Notes: generated by a model from the sequence alone, not told the origin. DNA of 64,000 nt from Cenococcum geophilum (GCA_050273025.1 CP158635.1:26288001-26352000); one strand, 5' to 3'. Shown: positions 1-13,890, counted from the first letter of the stretch. Translations and numbers: made by a program.

Positions 1-1078
1 AAGGATTGCGAAATCCATGTAGAGATGCTGTGATGGGGCTGGAAGCGAGGCCCGGCGAATTGGACGTTGGTAGTTTTCGGAAGTGGAGCGGGGAAATTCC
101 GTGTCGTTAACGCCAGAAAGCCTTTGGTACCCGAAAGCGTGCCTCCTACTAGCCTTCGGACCGTCCTGGCGTGCTCCTGCCGAGCACCATCGCTTGTTGT
201 TTCCATGGGGCTTGATCTTGCGTCGCAGCCGCCGGAGGAACTTAATATATAGCGCTATATGTCCGCACGCCGACCCAATAAAGCGCTTACTACCCATGCG
301 ACATCCCTTGATTATCTTAGGTCGATATGCAGTGCGCGTCACCATTACCCGGAATATGTCTTACTTCCAGCCTGACCAAGTTACTGCTTGCATGTTCCTT
401 CACGAAGGCCAACCAGACTTTTCGTATGCATGCCGTCACTACCTTCGTCTTCACCATGGTACGAGTATGGTAGTACATTTCCCTGCATATAGAAAATTTT
501 ATAGACGGATCTGAATATATCTTGTATCTTAGGTCAGGTATACCAGCCGTCTCCGCAGCCATTGTCCAGCCTTAGCACACCATGTTGGCTTTCCAATCCC
601 GGTAATCGGATCGCTCTGCGGCTCGCTAAACCAAGATGCGCCGGGAACTAAGATCCTGGTCCTATGGATGCTCCTGCAAATATTTATTTTGCGCAGCAGA
701 ACGTCTGTGACTTCATGGGGTTCCGATGAGTACGTCGCAGACCCAGAGGCTTGTTTTGGTCAGTTGGATCTGCAGTGACCTTGTTTGCCATCACATTGGC
801 TATGCAGAAACCAATGACAACTGACCTCCCCATGGCCCCTGTGTTTACCGCTTTGTGTGGATCCCGACAAATCCAAGCAAGCATTCAACGTTCGGTATTT
901 CGTAAATGGCATGCACCGATGGAGACTGGCATAGCGGAGTCCGGGCGCTCAGAGTTTGTATAAGTACTCTCGTACTCATTCTTGGTCGATATCGCATAAG
1001 ATGTTTTGAGCCATTTGGTACCATCTTGCTCTAAACTGCCAAGAATTTTTCGCTTTTCACTTGTCATTCTTTATCATT

Positions 1079-3421
1079 ATGTCTTCCGGAGCATTCGGGA
1101 AGAGTTTAACTCTAGCTGCTGCGTTTGCCACATTAGTTCTTGCAGCACCCACACCATTAGCACCACGAAACAACTTGGGTTGGGTTAGCCCAGAATACTA
1201 TTGGATTTTCCAGTACCCGCTACCAATTCCGCCTATCAAAACCATTACAACGTAAGTAGGGAAACTCGCTATGGTTACATCAGAGTTGACTCGAGTTCGC
1301 TAGGACGTGGACAAACTCGTCTACAGGAGCAGTTATTGATTTTTATGAGGTTTCTATTCAGTCCTTCGAACAGCAAATTTACCCGAATCTGCCGAAGACT
1401 AAACTCGTTGGATACGATGGAATGTCTCCAGGACCAACTTTCGAGATGCAGAAGGGTATCGGTAAGATGAGTCCCGATGTCTGCTAGCTTAGGACCGCGG
1501 TTGTTAAATGAAGCCATCTGGGGTGACATGCATGCAGAGGCTGTAGCCCGATTCAGCAATAACTCTCCAAGAGAGACCTCGGTTCATGTGCACGGCCAAT
1601 ACAGTAAGCGTTCAACCTGCTACCTTCCACATACCCTTACGCTGACTAATTGCTAAGGCCGATCACCATTTGATGGCTGGGCAGCGGATACAAGTCAACC
1701 TGGACAATACAAAGTATTTCATCCGTGTCAATACGATACTGCATACATTAATATATTATAGGACTATTACTATCCTAATGGGCAGAACGCTCGCACCCTC
1801 TGGTACCATGTAAGGAACCCAGATTCTACAAATGCAATGCGTATCTATATCAGTGTGCTTTAGGTTGCAGCGTTGCATGAACATATTGGTCTAGGATCCT
1901 TTTCAACAAATTCCGTGCTAATCTAAACAGGATCATGCAGAATTCATAACTGCTGAGAATGTATATGAAGGATTGGCTGGTTTCTACATCATCAATGATT
2001 CTGAAGAAGGTTCATTTGGGCTCCCATCCGGAAACTATGATATTCCACTTGCTTTATCATCAAAACAGTATGACAATAATGGCCAACTCGTGTTTGATAC
2101 GAATGACAACAACGGGTTTTGGGGGGATATTATCCATGTGTAAGCGAGCTCAAGTGCCCATTTAGCCGATCCATTGCATTCCTTGCTAAAAGAAAACGAA
2201 TAGTAATGGGCAGCCATGGCCATACCTTTGCGTGGAACCCCGCAAGTACCGCCTCCGACTCCTGGATGGTTCCGTCAGTCGTAGTAAGTTTGGGTTTGCT
2301 CACTCGATTCTGTAAATGCTAAAATCTTCACTTAGCATATGCCCTTTATTTCGAAAGCGATGACGGCAGTGATATTTCCTTCAACGTTGTGGCGTCAGAC
2401 AGTGGTACGCGTATCTAAACATGCTCATTACCATTTGTGACGTACATTATTTTAACATCGGGTAGGATTCCTAAGCCACCCGGTCGAAACAAGCACTTTA
2501 AACCTTGCTATGGGTGAAAGATATGAGATAGTTTTCGACTTCTCGTCCTTCTCAGGCAAAAACGTTACCCTGAGAAATACTCAAGGCGTTGGACAGAATA
2601 TCGACTATGCAGCTACAGACAAAGTCATGCAATTTGTGGTTGGTAACACTGTCTCCAGCAAGAACAATAATGGAGACCTGCCCTCGACACTTCGAGTAGT
2701 ACCTTTTCCTCCAGATAAAACCGAGGCAGATAAAGATTTTGAGTTTGCGCGTGTTGGGGATGAGTGGAAGATTAATGGAGTGGGCTTTGCTGATATCAAT
2801 GCCCGCATTCTGACCAAACCTCCTCGTGGTGCTGTAGAGATCTGGAATCTAAAGAATGGCGCTGGCGGAGGGGTTCACCCTGTGCACATTCATCTCATCG
2901 ACTTCGAGATTCTTACCCGAAACGGAGATAGTGGCTCAGTTCTCCCGTATGAAGCTGCTGGCTTGAAAGATGTTGTCTATCTAGGCCCCGGACAGTATGT
3001 TGCGCTAAAGAAACGCTTCAAAGAAATCATGCTTATCATCTTTAGGTCTATTCAAGTTATTGCTCGGTATGCGCCCTGGGACGGCGTTTACATGTTCCAT
3101 TGCCACGACCTCGTTCACGAGGATCATGAGTAAGGCTTTACCCAAACGCAATATGTATCCAGAAGGCCGTAGCTGACGTTCCATAGTATGCTGGTTGGCT
3201 TCAACGTAACCTCTCTAGCGAAGTGGGGCTACCCGTCGTCTACTCACTTTATCAATCCTATGGAGCCCGAGTTCGCACCTAAAGCCATTACAGCTAGCGA
3301 TTTCACCCAAGATGCTATAGAGCGGAAACTTGCGTGGTTTTACAGCACTGATGCTTATGGCCATGGTGAGGAAGATGCCGCTAGTTCAAGCTTTGCAACC
3401 CTAACCAGGAACAAGCGATGA
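1079..3421 (+). CDS. Secreted multicopper oxidase, bilirubin oxidase/CotA-like (multi-exon)
   Basis: Signal-peptide-like start MSSGAFGKSLTLAAAFATLVLA. All four copper motifs are present across GT-AG introns: SVHVHG (~1580), LWYH|DHA (intron 1810-1930), HPVHIHL (~2876), HCHDLVHEDH|DM (intron from ~3130). Stop TGA at 3419-3421. Confidence 0.9.
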
Positions 3422-4427
3422 AGTAACCGCACGAAATACCATAAACCCTAATGTTTTAGCCTTAATGCATGCTAGCCTTTCCATATGCTTTTGGAGTGGC
3501 TTGTTGTGGAGTTACGGGATGACCATATGTAACCGACTACCGGACCTTGCATATTACCCTGGTCACTAGCGTCAGCACTACCCTCGTATACCTCGTATAT
3601 CTTATATTACCCTGTTTCGACTACATATTAGTCTCCCCTTTTATCTTATTCCTTATACCTTCCTCGTGTATATATAGACGCTTTAGAGCTACATTTACAA
3701 TCAAGTCGCTCGTTCAATTCCCACACTGCAAAAGCTTACACCATACCTCGGCTTGATTAGGGATGTTTTATCCCAGTGGTGTATTTTACGAATTTCAGGC
3801 ATATTGTAGAGATGAGTCCATAGAGATAAAGTAATGTTAATGTGTTGAAAGTGCGATATATTTTTTCCCAAAGCGCTTAGGTGAATATATCAGTCTCACA
3901 ATGCTAGAAACCTTGCCAATTAAGAGACCCACTTTTATGATGTAGTTCGGGGTCCGAATACCTATTGAAACTTGACGGCTTTTTCTGACAAATTCCAAGC
4001 GTAGGTGCGAGATCGAAGAATACCCCTTGAATGATCACACAAAAGTGCAATAAAGCCAAACGGAACTGTTTTTAGTCAAGGAAATATGTCAGGATGAGCT
4101 CTATGCTACTATCCCTTGCAAGGTAGAATAGAATACTAGGATCAATCATACGCGTACTTTCGATTCTGGTGTTCGCGCACGGTCCGACTTTCGTAGGACT
4201 TCACCGTTGAAAGGATCTAATTAACAAGATATCATCCCAGAATGAGAACCGCGTTACTCTGTTCTAATCACAATGAGAACTAGATTACCATGTCCTCAGC
4301 TTCAAATGAGAATAGTACGATTATATCAGAGTCCCTTGATATATTTAATGACTATTACGCCTACAGTTTATTCTTCAGAATACCTCTCCTAGGAAACACA
4401 TTTTCAGTAATTTCTGAATACAACACG

Positions 4428-4830
4428 ATGGGACCGAAATATAGAAAAGGCCAACATGTCCGCTATAAGCCTGTCGGCGGTACGTTGTAGTCAATCTACA
4501 AGCATACAAACGCCCAAACTCCTGAAAGGGCCGAACAGCAACACCAGTGAATCTACTGGTACGATTGTAAAGTCATTATCGAAGCTACCGAGCCCGATGG
4601 TAGACACACCCAAGCTAGTGAGGACAACCCGAGATATGAGGTAGGCACGTCCGAATTCTAACAATTCCCTAGAGAAGAGCATGCCCTAGAGTTCTTTGGC
4701 CGTCACTTGCCTTTATTACTCTCCACGTTATCGCACTTTCTTATCCTTGATGAAACATGCCCGACAATATTGATTTATATCGAAAACGACAACACCGGAA
4801 AAACTATGGCCATCTATTCTGTGATCAAGG
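4428..4830 (+). pseudogene. Hva1/TUDOR-like (hypervirulence-associated) small protein, probably disrupted
   Basis: Reads MGPKYRKGQHVRYKPVGG|PNSNTSESTGTIV, then needs a frameshift near 4570 to continue VIIEATEPDGRHTQASEDNPRYE. The last block IENDNTGKTMAIY (~4779) has no AG acceptor in front of it. Family call is from recalled similarity. Confidence 0.6.
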
Positions 4831-5073
4831 GTGGAGCCAAAAACAATCACACTCGCTTACAGAACTGTGCCTCTGGAATCGTAAACAGTACTCTTTGTTT
4901 GGCTTTTGTGGAACTTAGCTACATGTGGCAAGCCATCCGCTGCTAAGATATATACACGAATCAAACTCCTAAATTCTTCTAGCTGATGCAATGTATTTTC
5001 CACAAAACATTGAAGCTTTCCAAAATATGAGGATCTCCAATCTCCAATCTCATATGCTATCCAAAAAACTTCG

Positions 5074-5603
5074 TTACCCTGGTCCGATTCTGGGCCTATA
5101 ATGCAATTAGCTCTGCCTTCCAAATTATCTTTTCCCACTATCCCGGACTCTCTCGTAGTGTAGACTCGTCGAACTGGATATTATACTCACATGTCGTGAT
5201 GTTCGCTCAAATTACTTAAATACCGATTTAGTTCCTCCACCCGTTCTTTGTGCGTCTTGATGCCCTCGCGCTTCAGCCGCTCATCCAGTCTTCTCCGCCT
5301 CCTTTCTTCATGCCGCTGTTCCGCTTCCGTCTTTTGCCTCTTCCCCACTAGCACTTTCTCTAGCTCCTTGCTCTCATCTTGATCGAGCTCATCCTCGTCT
5401 GCTAACGCAGCTTGTATGTTCGCGGCATTTCCCTTCAATTTCCCCTTCTCCTGCTCCTTGTCTGGATCTATGGGGTTTGCGGAGGTGATATCAGGTGTTG
5501 ATGCGGGCTTCGGCTTCTTCTTTTTGCGCTTTTTGTCGATACCTGCGCCACCTTTAAGCTTCAGCGCACCAGAGGTGACGCCGGTATAGTCGGAGGACGG
5601 CAT
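5074..5603 (-). CDS. FAM32A/DUF1754 family small lysine-rich nuclear protein
   Basis: ORF 5187-5603 (GALKLKG, KT.AE, KTHKERVEELNRYLSNLSEHHDM) is spliced to a terminal exon PRIGPG-stop at 5074-5095, the conserved C-terminus of this family. Confidence 0.88.
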
Positions 5604-5880
5604 GTTGGGTTGCTGAGAGGTAGCTGAAAGGCAGTTTTAGCTGCGTGAGGTCATGTCGGCGCCGGAGAAACCTCGGCAGTTCCCAAGCTTTTGATTGTAG
5701 GAAAGGAAGATATAGAATTGTGACGGATCTGTTTTGACGGGAGGTTTTTTAATTTAATTACTAGTTAGGGTATTACGCTATTTTATATATTAATGTTTAG
5801 AGACGTCTGAGATTTTCTCCAGCCTCGAAGTCCCAGTGGCCAAGAACAGACTCCGGTCCTTGGATCCACCGATTATTTCC

Positions 5881-6712
5881 TCAGCTCTCCTTGATAACTT
5901 GATCTAGTGCCTTAACATACGCTTTAGCACCTTGTAACGTCCGTTTTCCCTCAACCACGATGTACGGTACCGAATCAACACCATTTCCCGCCTGCTCCCG
6001 AATTAGCATCTTGACATCCTGTAAACCTTCATACTCGTCTTCAATGACCGTTTTCGCTTCCGACTCAGGAATACCCGCCGTAGAGGTTGCGGTTGACAGT
6101 GTTTCGGTCGATGAAGGGTATTTCTCGTTCTCGAAGTACTATAGAGCGCTGTTGCCAACGTATACCATCAGCTAAGCTCTCGTTGCCGACCCTCACGACT
6201 CCAAATCTCCTTTGCGCCTCCCTCATAAACTCACGCCTGACCGCAGAGGCTAAAACTACTCACACTCAACAACCTTCATCGCGGCCTCCTCCACTTTGGT
6301 CTCCTGCACCCATTGCACCACCCTATGCATCAATCGTGTTGGCGACTATGCCTCCAAACTTGAAATCAATGGCGCAGCTCGCGCCATACGCGCTCATTAG
6401 TGTCGTGCACATCTTCATCTTCTCCTCCGAGTCGCCACACCGCGACTTCTTGTACCATTCGTACTTGTCTTCGCCCGCTTTCGATGCCTCGGGGTATAGT
6501 TGGTAGGGGAAGAACTTCACAGTGAAAGTTACTGGGGTGGCGGGTCTCGTGAACGAATTTGGGCGAGGGCGAGTTGCAGGCGGCGGAGGGCGAGGTAAGT
6601 CCTGTTGCCAGGAAATAAGTTTGAACGGGCTTTACTGAAGCTGGGAGGGATTTGTGGCGTACTAGGGGCAGGTTGTGTCGAGCGTAAAGGAAGTCTGGGA
6701 GTCGCAACCCAT
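5881..6712 (-). pseudogene. DsbA/FrnE-like thioredoxin-fold protein, pseudogene
   Basis: Fragments FTLDTTCP(W>TAG)TYL, KFFPYQLYP, FKFGGIVANTIDA(H)RVVQWVQE, YFENEK and GVDSVPYIVVEGKR. There is a nonsense codon in the CPW motif and frameshifts near 6530, 6325 and 6140. Confidence 0.8.
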
Positions 6713-7217
6713 GGTTGAGAGAGATAATGATAGAATAAACGATTAAGAAATTGGAAGTCAGTATATCAAGGAAAACAGAAAACCGGAAACATTGAAGGGG
6801 CGAGAATTGAAGTTACTGATGGAGAAGTGGGGCTATATGTGATATTGAAGCTTCCATTCTTCCGCAGCTGTTCTTTCAAATCAACTAGTCGTCATGCGGG
6901 GCTGTGACTTCGCGCTAATGTTTGGGTGTAAATTGTTTCGGGTGTGGCTTGAGAGGTGGCGAATTCCGTGACTTTGATTTGAGAAAGAAAAGAGGTAATA
7001 GAGCCATATGGGATTGATAACAATATCGCGCATGAAATGAAGGCACACATGAGACTTCAAGTATCTTGAATTGCACTCTACCGGGCCAAAGAGTATGCAA
7101 TACTTCCTGTTTCAATATGAAATCTCCTGCTCAATAGACAGGTGAGAATAATGTGATTGTTTACCACGATGCTGGGCTACTGGTGGACAAAAAAAATACA
7201 CAAGCCCTTACTCCATA

Positions 7218-8831
7218 TTAAGAATTCAGGCGCACATAGTTTCCTAGTAAACATATAAGTCTCTTGAAAGAGAATTTGTGGCATAAGCAATATACATACC
7301 TGGGAACTGCCCTTGCCGTCCATTAACTTTGCCAGTCCACCACTCATTTTCATTTGATGTCCTTTGAATAATCTCAATTACATCCCCAGTGCTGAAGCTG
7401 AGATCACCTTCGGCTTGTGCTTCGTAGTCATAGAGTGCGGTGACTGTCTCTACAGCGGGCACACCGTTCAACCGAGAAGGTTTGGGTTTTGGTGGCGGTG
7501 GTGCTGCACCTTTGGATTTAGCAGCGGCACCCCAGGCACTACCAGTACTATTAGCCCGGCCAACTCCAAAGCCCCCAGAAAATGCGGGCGAGAGAGCATT
7601 GCTTTTTTCGGGAGCAGGGCTATATGGAGGCGGCGGTGAATCTGTAGAATCTAAGGTTGATCGACGTGTTGTGGGTGATTTGCCCTCTATAGCCAACTTA
7701 TTAGAGCCATATTTCAATTGGCCAGGTTTTCGGCCTCCAGTTGTTTTGAATTTTGTGATAGCTATCGCCTCAGCCTGTTCTCGAACATCGCCCCGCTTCT
7801 TCTCAAACGCAGCCTCGATATCGAGTGTCAGATCGAAGTACCCGATATCTATGCTCTGCATTTTCTCGTGTAGCGTGTAGAACACATTAAGCTGCATGTA
7901 GTAAAAAGATTGGAATAGTGGTCGTATAAATTCCCTCTCGAGTCGGAACAACTTAGGTAGCTCGTCCTTTAGCAGATCATTGAAGTAGTTGAACTCCTGC
8001 GTGGCTTGTTCAACCTCGTTTTCGGCCTTGTACATCGCTTTCTCATCTTTTAATGTCTTGTCCTTCTTGTCCTGTAGCTTCTTTAGTGTAGCTCGGTGGC
8101 GATCGTAGTCCAGTTGTTTATGGTCTCGCTTCGTCGCTACCTTGCGAATAACTTTGATAATTTCTAGCAACTCATCGGCAGGCCGTATTACACGTGTTTC
8201 AATCATTTCCAGTTCCGGCTGCAGCGTAGTTTGAAGCTCGCGCACTATTGACTCGTACTCTTCGCATGCTCGTATTCCTTCCGGGTTGCCTTCCTGCACA
8301 AAAGAATCTGGATCCGACATGCGACCGGAGATGGGTTTGTAAATTTCCGCGCACGCTTTAGAGAACTCGATCTGGTGGTTGAGCATGCCTAAGGCCCATC
8401 TTGTTAGATATGTGGATAAGCTGAAAGTGCTGCTGAGTACAAACTATTTATGGCATCGAAATACCTAGTGACTGTTAGCCGCGTTGATATCAGTGGCCTC
8501 TGGGAAGAAGAATTACTTCTTAGATTCATCATGCAACCTCTTCGTCTCTTTCTCCAACTCTTGGAACCGCCTTTCTGCATCAACATACACTGGATCCTTT
8601 GTGTTCTCGCCCTGTCCCACAGAGTCAGATCAGTTGGGGCCTGACTTGCAAAGCCGGATGTTGTCGCGATTCGGAAATATGCGGATATCGGAAAGACTCA
8701 CAATGTTAAAGCGTTGCTTGAGGGTTTGCGGCGCCTGCGAGAAATTAATTAGCCAAGTCCTATTTAATCCCAGGCGTCTAGACCATGATCGTTACCCTAG
8801 TGACGCTCTTCGTTATGCCTTTCCAACTCAT
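7218..8831 (-). CDS. RVS167: Amphiphysin-like BAR + SH3 protein (Rvs167/Hob1)
   Basis: Start MSWKGITKSVTR|APQTLKQRFNI, then a BAR domain (MLNHQIEFSKA...DYDRHRATLKKLQ), a Pro-rich linker, and an SH3 domain ALYDYEAQAEGDLSF...WWTG...GQFPG|NYV. Confidence 0.93.
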
Positions 8832-9307
8832 TGATTGAAGATTGTGGTGGGCTGGACGAGTGCAGATGCTAAAGAACAATAGCCTAAGGAAACTGGGATA
8901 CTGGCGAAGAGATGCGCTCTGAAGTTGTAGGCGTTGGTGGTGGAGGTTTGGATCAAGTCCGTGGGTGCTTTCAATGTCCTGAAGCCGATCCTATGACGAA
9001 GCTAGCAGTGGCTGAGCACGAGCCTCGTAAGTAATGGCTGAAAGACTTTGTCACTCTCGGATTTTAAACTTGACTAGCAGCATGCGTGCAACCTCAATAT
9101 TAAAGACGCTGACGGAGAACGCACGAGTACAGAATATGTGAAAACAGCCAGGCACTTGACGTTTCCTGCAAGCCAGCAAACATTCAATTGGGATTGGGCT
9201 GTTTACGGAGGTCTGCCCGCTGGGGTGTCGCTTACGAAAACCATCTGATAAGAAATGTCGCAAGCTCTGGCGGAGCTTACACCAAGACACCAAGCTTTCG
9301 ATCCATC

Positions 9308-11121
9308 ATGTCTAATATTACCCCATCAGCAGCGAGGCAGGCCCTCAGGATTTGCTCACGACGATACCCATCAAACAGCTTTTCTCACTTTTCACCGCGA
9401 CCCGCCACCGCTTTTGGCCACAATGGACGACGAAGTTATGTTTCCGAGACCAAACCTATCAACGCTACCGTCAGCGTTGAAACAGCCATCAAGGCAGATC
9501 AGAAGGCATTCTTACAAAAGACTGGGAAGAGGCCACAGGATGAGACTATACCTACCTCTAGATTGAGTGCAGACACGATGAGTCCTTCAGCTGGTAAGTT
9601 CATAACAGTAGCAAATTTATGGGTTGACTACGAACTGATAATCACTAGAACTGTTAAAACAGGCAACTATAATGGACGAAGGCATGCGTCCTATCTACCT
9701 AGATATGCAGGCGACAACACCCATGGATCCACGAGTCCTTGATGCAATGTTGCCCTTCATGACTGGTCTTTACGGCAATCCTCATTCGCGAACACATGCA
9801 TATGGATGGGAGACTGAAAAAGCGGTGGAACAGGCAAGAGGGTATATTGCTGACCTCATCGGTGCTGACCCTAAAGAGATTATCTTCACAAGTGGAGCCA
9901 CCGAAAGTAACAATATGAGTATCAAGGGTGTTGCCAGGTTTTTTGGGCGGTCAGGCAAGAAGAAGCACATCATAACCTGCCAAACAGAGCATAAATGTGT
10001 CCTGGACAGCTGCCGCCATCTGCAAGATGAAGGCTTCGAAATAACGTATCTACCTGTTCAAAGCAACGGACTTATCGACATGGCACAGCTTGAAGCTGCT
10101 ATACGGCCCGAAACCGCTCTTGTCAGCATCATGACTGTCAACAATGAGATTGGTGTGGTCCAACCGGTTGGAGAGATTGGAAGGCTTTGCCGATCAAGAA
10201 AAATTTTCTTCCACACAGATGCTGCTCAAGCGGTTGGAAAAATTCCAATCGACGTCAACAAAATGAATATAGACCTTATGTCCATCTCGGGGCATAAAAT
10301 ATACGGCCCTAAGGGAATTGGAGCATGCTATGTCCGACGTAGACCAAGAGTCCGGCTTGACCCAATCATCACCGGCGGTGGTCAAGAACGCGGCCTAAGG
10401 AGTGGCACATTGGCTCCGCCGCTTGCCATTGGGATTGGCGAGGCAGCACGTATATGTAAAGAGGACATAGAGGTACGCATATATTTTCCTTAAGTTCTTC
10501 AATTTACACCTTTCCGTCACTATGATTATTCGCTTTATACATGCATGGCTTTCTGAGTGTTTCGACGAAAGCTATAGGTGCTTGCACCTGTACGTCGACA
10601 TACTATGTTGCTACATAGCAGGGGTTATGAGATGGACACAATTCTTAAGACAATTCTCTATTTCTTGAACGGAGATAATGGAAGCTGATCCAATCTAGTA
10701 TGATGGGAAGCGTATCTCGGCATTATCAAAACGCCTTCTCGACGGACTGTTAGCCCTGGAGCACACCACTCTAAATGGTGATGCCTCTAGCCATTATCCG
10801 GGTTGTGTTAACGTCTCATTTGCGTATGTTGAGGGTGAATCGCTCCTCATGGCTCTTAAGGATATTGCTCTTTCGTCAGGAAGCGCATGCACCTCGGCCT
10901 CGTTGGAACCTAGTTACGTCCTGAGAGCTCTCGGCAGTAGCGATGAAAGTGCACACAGCAGCATCCGTTTCGGCATCGGCAGATTCACAACCGAAGAGGA
11001 AATTGATTATGTATTGAAAGCTGTGCGAGAACGAGTGACCTTCTTAAGAGAGCTCAGTCCTCTGTGGGAGCTGGTCCAAGAAGGAATTGATTTGAACACT
11101 ATTGAGTGGAGCCAGCATTAA
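9308..11121 (+). CDS. NFS1: Mitochondrial cysteine desulfurase
   Basis: Arg/Ser-rich presequence, [22 protein letters not shown]-lysine motif [10 protein letters not shown], and catalytic loop [17 protein letters not shown]. Introns at about 9594-9648 and 10474-10698. Confidence 0.96.
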
Positions 11122-11577
11122 GATTGATGAGTTATAATTATAGGTTAGGCTACTATGCCAAAGGACTGCGCAAGGACAGAATATGGCTAGATTTGCTTTA
11201 CTGAACTGCTTGTTGCAGTATGCGTTGACGACTGTCTGTATAAATTGTACATTGTATATTATTAGTCTTGACTCTTGATGAGTTTACTCTTCACTGAAGG
11301 AAAACAATGCTCAAATTTAACTGTAAAGCTTTTTTGATGCCTGATGATGATGGTGGTGGCCTTGTGAAATGCTCGGCGTTGAGAATCTCCACCAGAAGAC
11401 CGCCAACGCCCGCCAATAGCCTACTAATCGATCTCTGAGACACGCTTCAGCATCGGTATTCTCATCCATCAACTTCTACTACCTTCGAAAGCCATATTCG
11501 GTGCTCATGGCTCGATAGTCGTCATATCTACTCATGGCGCATGCTCGCCGCAACCGCCTTCGCGCCCAAATCGCAAC

Positions 11578-13597
11578 ATGGCCCCAGTGCCAGATAAAGT
11601 CCTAAATTGGCTATACAGTGTTCTCCCTAGTGTAAACACCCGTTGAGTCCTCAGTTTTATAGTCAATTCTGCTAACGGGGCCTTTTTCAGGAATATCTCG
11701 ACGTTAATCGCACGTACTCCAACGTCGCCGAAGCCCTCGCGGACTATCCATCTCTTTCTCCACGAACGGAGGTCTATAGTACGCCTCCACTTGCGATGGT
11801 CTCCCGTATACCAATATATATTGATACTGAAATTATGGCATGTCCCAGCATACGAAAATGGCGCGTCTGCTCTCCTCCTGCTTCTCAGTGGGACCCTTCC
11901 TGTCACATTTCGAGGCGCTACCTATGGCTTTCCCATTTCATTATGGGTGCCCCATGCATACCCACGGGAATCGCCGATAGTCTATGTGACTCCTTCTCAG
12001 GATATGCTAGTCAGGCCAGGGCAGCATGTTAGCGGGGATGGGAGGATTTATCATCCATATTTGGCGCAATGGGGGAAATATTGGGACGTATGTTGAGCAA
12101 CTGAAGTGCTCTTTCATGCTTTAGGAGACTTTTGGTTGACCTACGCTGACCTCTTCAAGAAATCTACGATTTTTGACTTCCTAGCAGTCCTTCGCGGGGT
12201 GTTTGCAAAAGAACCTCCAGTGCGTTCCAAGCAACAGTCCCAATATGGGCCTCCAAGCGGCCAGCAGACTGGTCCACCGGTCCCTCCACCACCCGAAGAA
12301 TTGCGGAAAGAAATGCGGCCTGCTCCAACGGCCTCTCCATCTCCCGTACAACAACCTCAGCCACCGCCTAAACTCTTGAAGCCGCATGATCCTTCGCAAG
12401 ACAGACTACAACAGCTACAAGATAGTGCTCAGAGACTACCACCTGTGCCTCCATACCCACAAACGATATCTGAAAATAGATATGGACATCCAGATAATTG
12501 GCAAACTTCTAGAAGAATGCCGCATGCTACACAGCATCGACAACCAAGCTATGATATGAACCCTCCAACTCCTATAGGACGACCGGTGCGGCCACACGTA
12601 CAGGCTCAAATGACCCAGCAACCTTTCCAGTCTACATCATACGAACTTGGAAGTCCTGTCAGCCCAATTACTCCTGATGAACAGCCTCAGAGACTCTGCC
12701 AGCAACAACCAACAGCCCCTACAACACCCCAGCAGGCCCAGCAAACCCAACAGCTTCAGCAGCCTCAGCAGCCTCAGCAGCCTCAACAGCCCCAAAGACC
12801 TCCAGCAAATTATTTGCTTGCTCAAGCACCATCTCAATATGGAGGGCCCACGGGCCAAATGCCTGCTCGACAATATCCAATGACAAATATGTTGCCTCCA
12901 AGCCAGCAAACCCAATATCTACCCCAAAGGCCGAAAAACCCCATTCCTGACCTATTAGACTCGCCACTAGATGTCACGCTACCATCTCAAAGTGGCCAGT
13001 CCGCCCCTATTCCTGCTCCCCCCATACCTCCAAATCCAGAGAAGGATGCTCTTCTTACCGCACTATCCTCTACACTCGTAGCTCAGCTCCGGCAAACAAC
13101 AACAGATAATACGAATGCCATAGCATCTCTGCAAGCACAGCAGTTTGCCTTGCGTGAAGCCCACGGGCGCCTACAAGCAGAACTCGATCAATTACAGCAG
13201 CTAGATGCGGCACTAGCGTCAAACGAGCAGATCCTACGAAACGCAATGGTTGAGGCTGACCGCGTAATGGAAGAGGCACGGACACGCAAAGTGCCGGATG
13301 TGGATGACGTATTGGTGGCCCCGACTTTAGTGGGTGGCCAACTGTACTCGCTATGTGCGGAGGAAAGGGCATGTGCAGATGCTTTATTCGTCCTTGGCCG
13401 AGCTTTGGATAGAGGGCGTGTTGGAGCGGATGTGTTCGTAAAGGTATAAAACTTCTGATCCTCTGCACTGGTATCTGCGCTAATTCGCTTATCATTAACA
13501 GCAAACTCGGAGTCTAGCTCGCGAGCAATTCTTGAAGAAGGCTTTGATCAAGAAGATTGCGAAGGGCATGGCGTTGGATGACTACCAGATGCGATGA
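11578..13597 (+). CDS. VPS23: ESCRT-I subunit Vps23/TSG101 (UEV domain, Pro/Gln-rich linker, coiled coil, steadiness box)
   Basis: UEV-like region YENGASALLLLLSGTLPVTFRGATYGFPISLWVPHAYPRESP...GRIYHPYL. C-terminal VGADVFVK|QTRSLAREQFLKKALI. Confidence 0.92.
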
Positions 13598-13890
13598 TTG
13601 CACATAGCGGCAAATATATGGACACAAATATAAAGTAGGTTTTTCTAAATCAAAAGCGAAGATTTACCGTTTCTATCTTATGAGATGGGAGTTTGACCAG
13701 AACTGTTCCTCCCTGAATATCTCCCGCATTCGACTCTCGGACTGGAACACCACACCTCAAACGTAGAAATTTTTATATGCCAGATTCTGTAGCCACAGCA
13801 CCGATAGAGGCTTGTTGACTAGTAATTTGAAACTTGATTTGTGCAAGGTCTCCCTAGTAACCGAGTAGAGATGTCGAGCGTTGAGGTCAC

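Noticed and set aside
67..1067. Several short overlapping ORFs upstream of the oxidase
   Set aside because: No recognisable motifs or consistent exon structure, and many use non-ATG starts. Treated as intergenic, although a small unknown gene cannot be excluded.
12720..12795. CAGCCTCAG tandem repeats
   Set aside because: These encode the ordinary low-complexity Gln/Pro linker of VPS23 and are not an independent repeat element.
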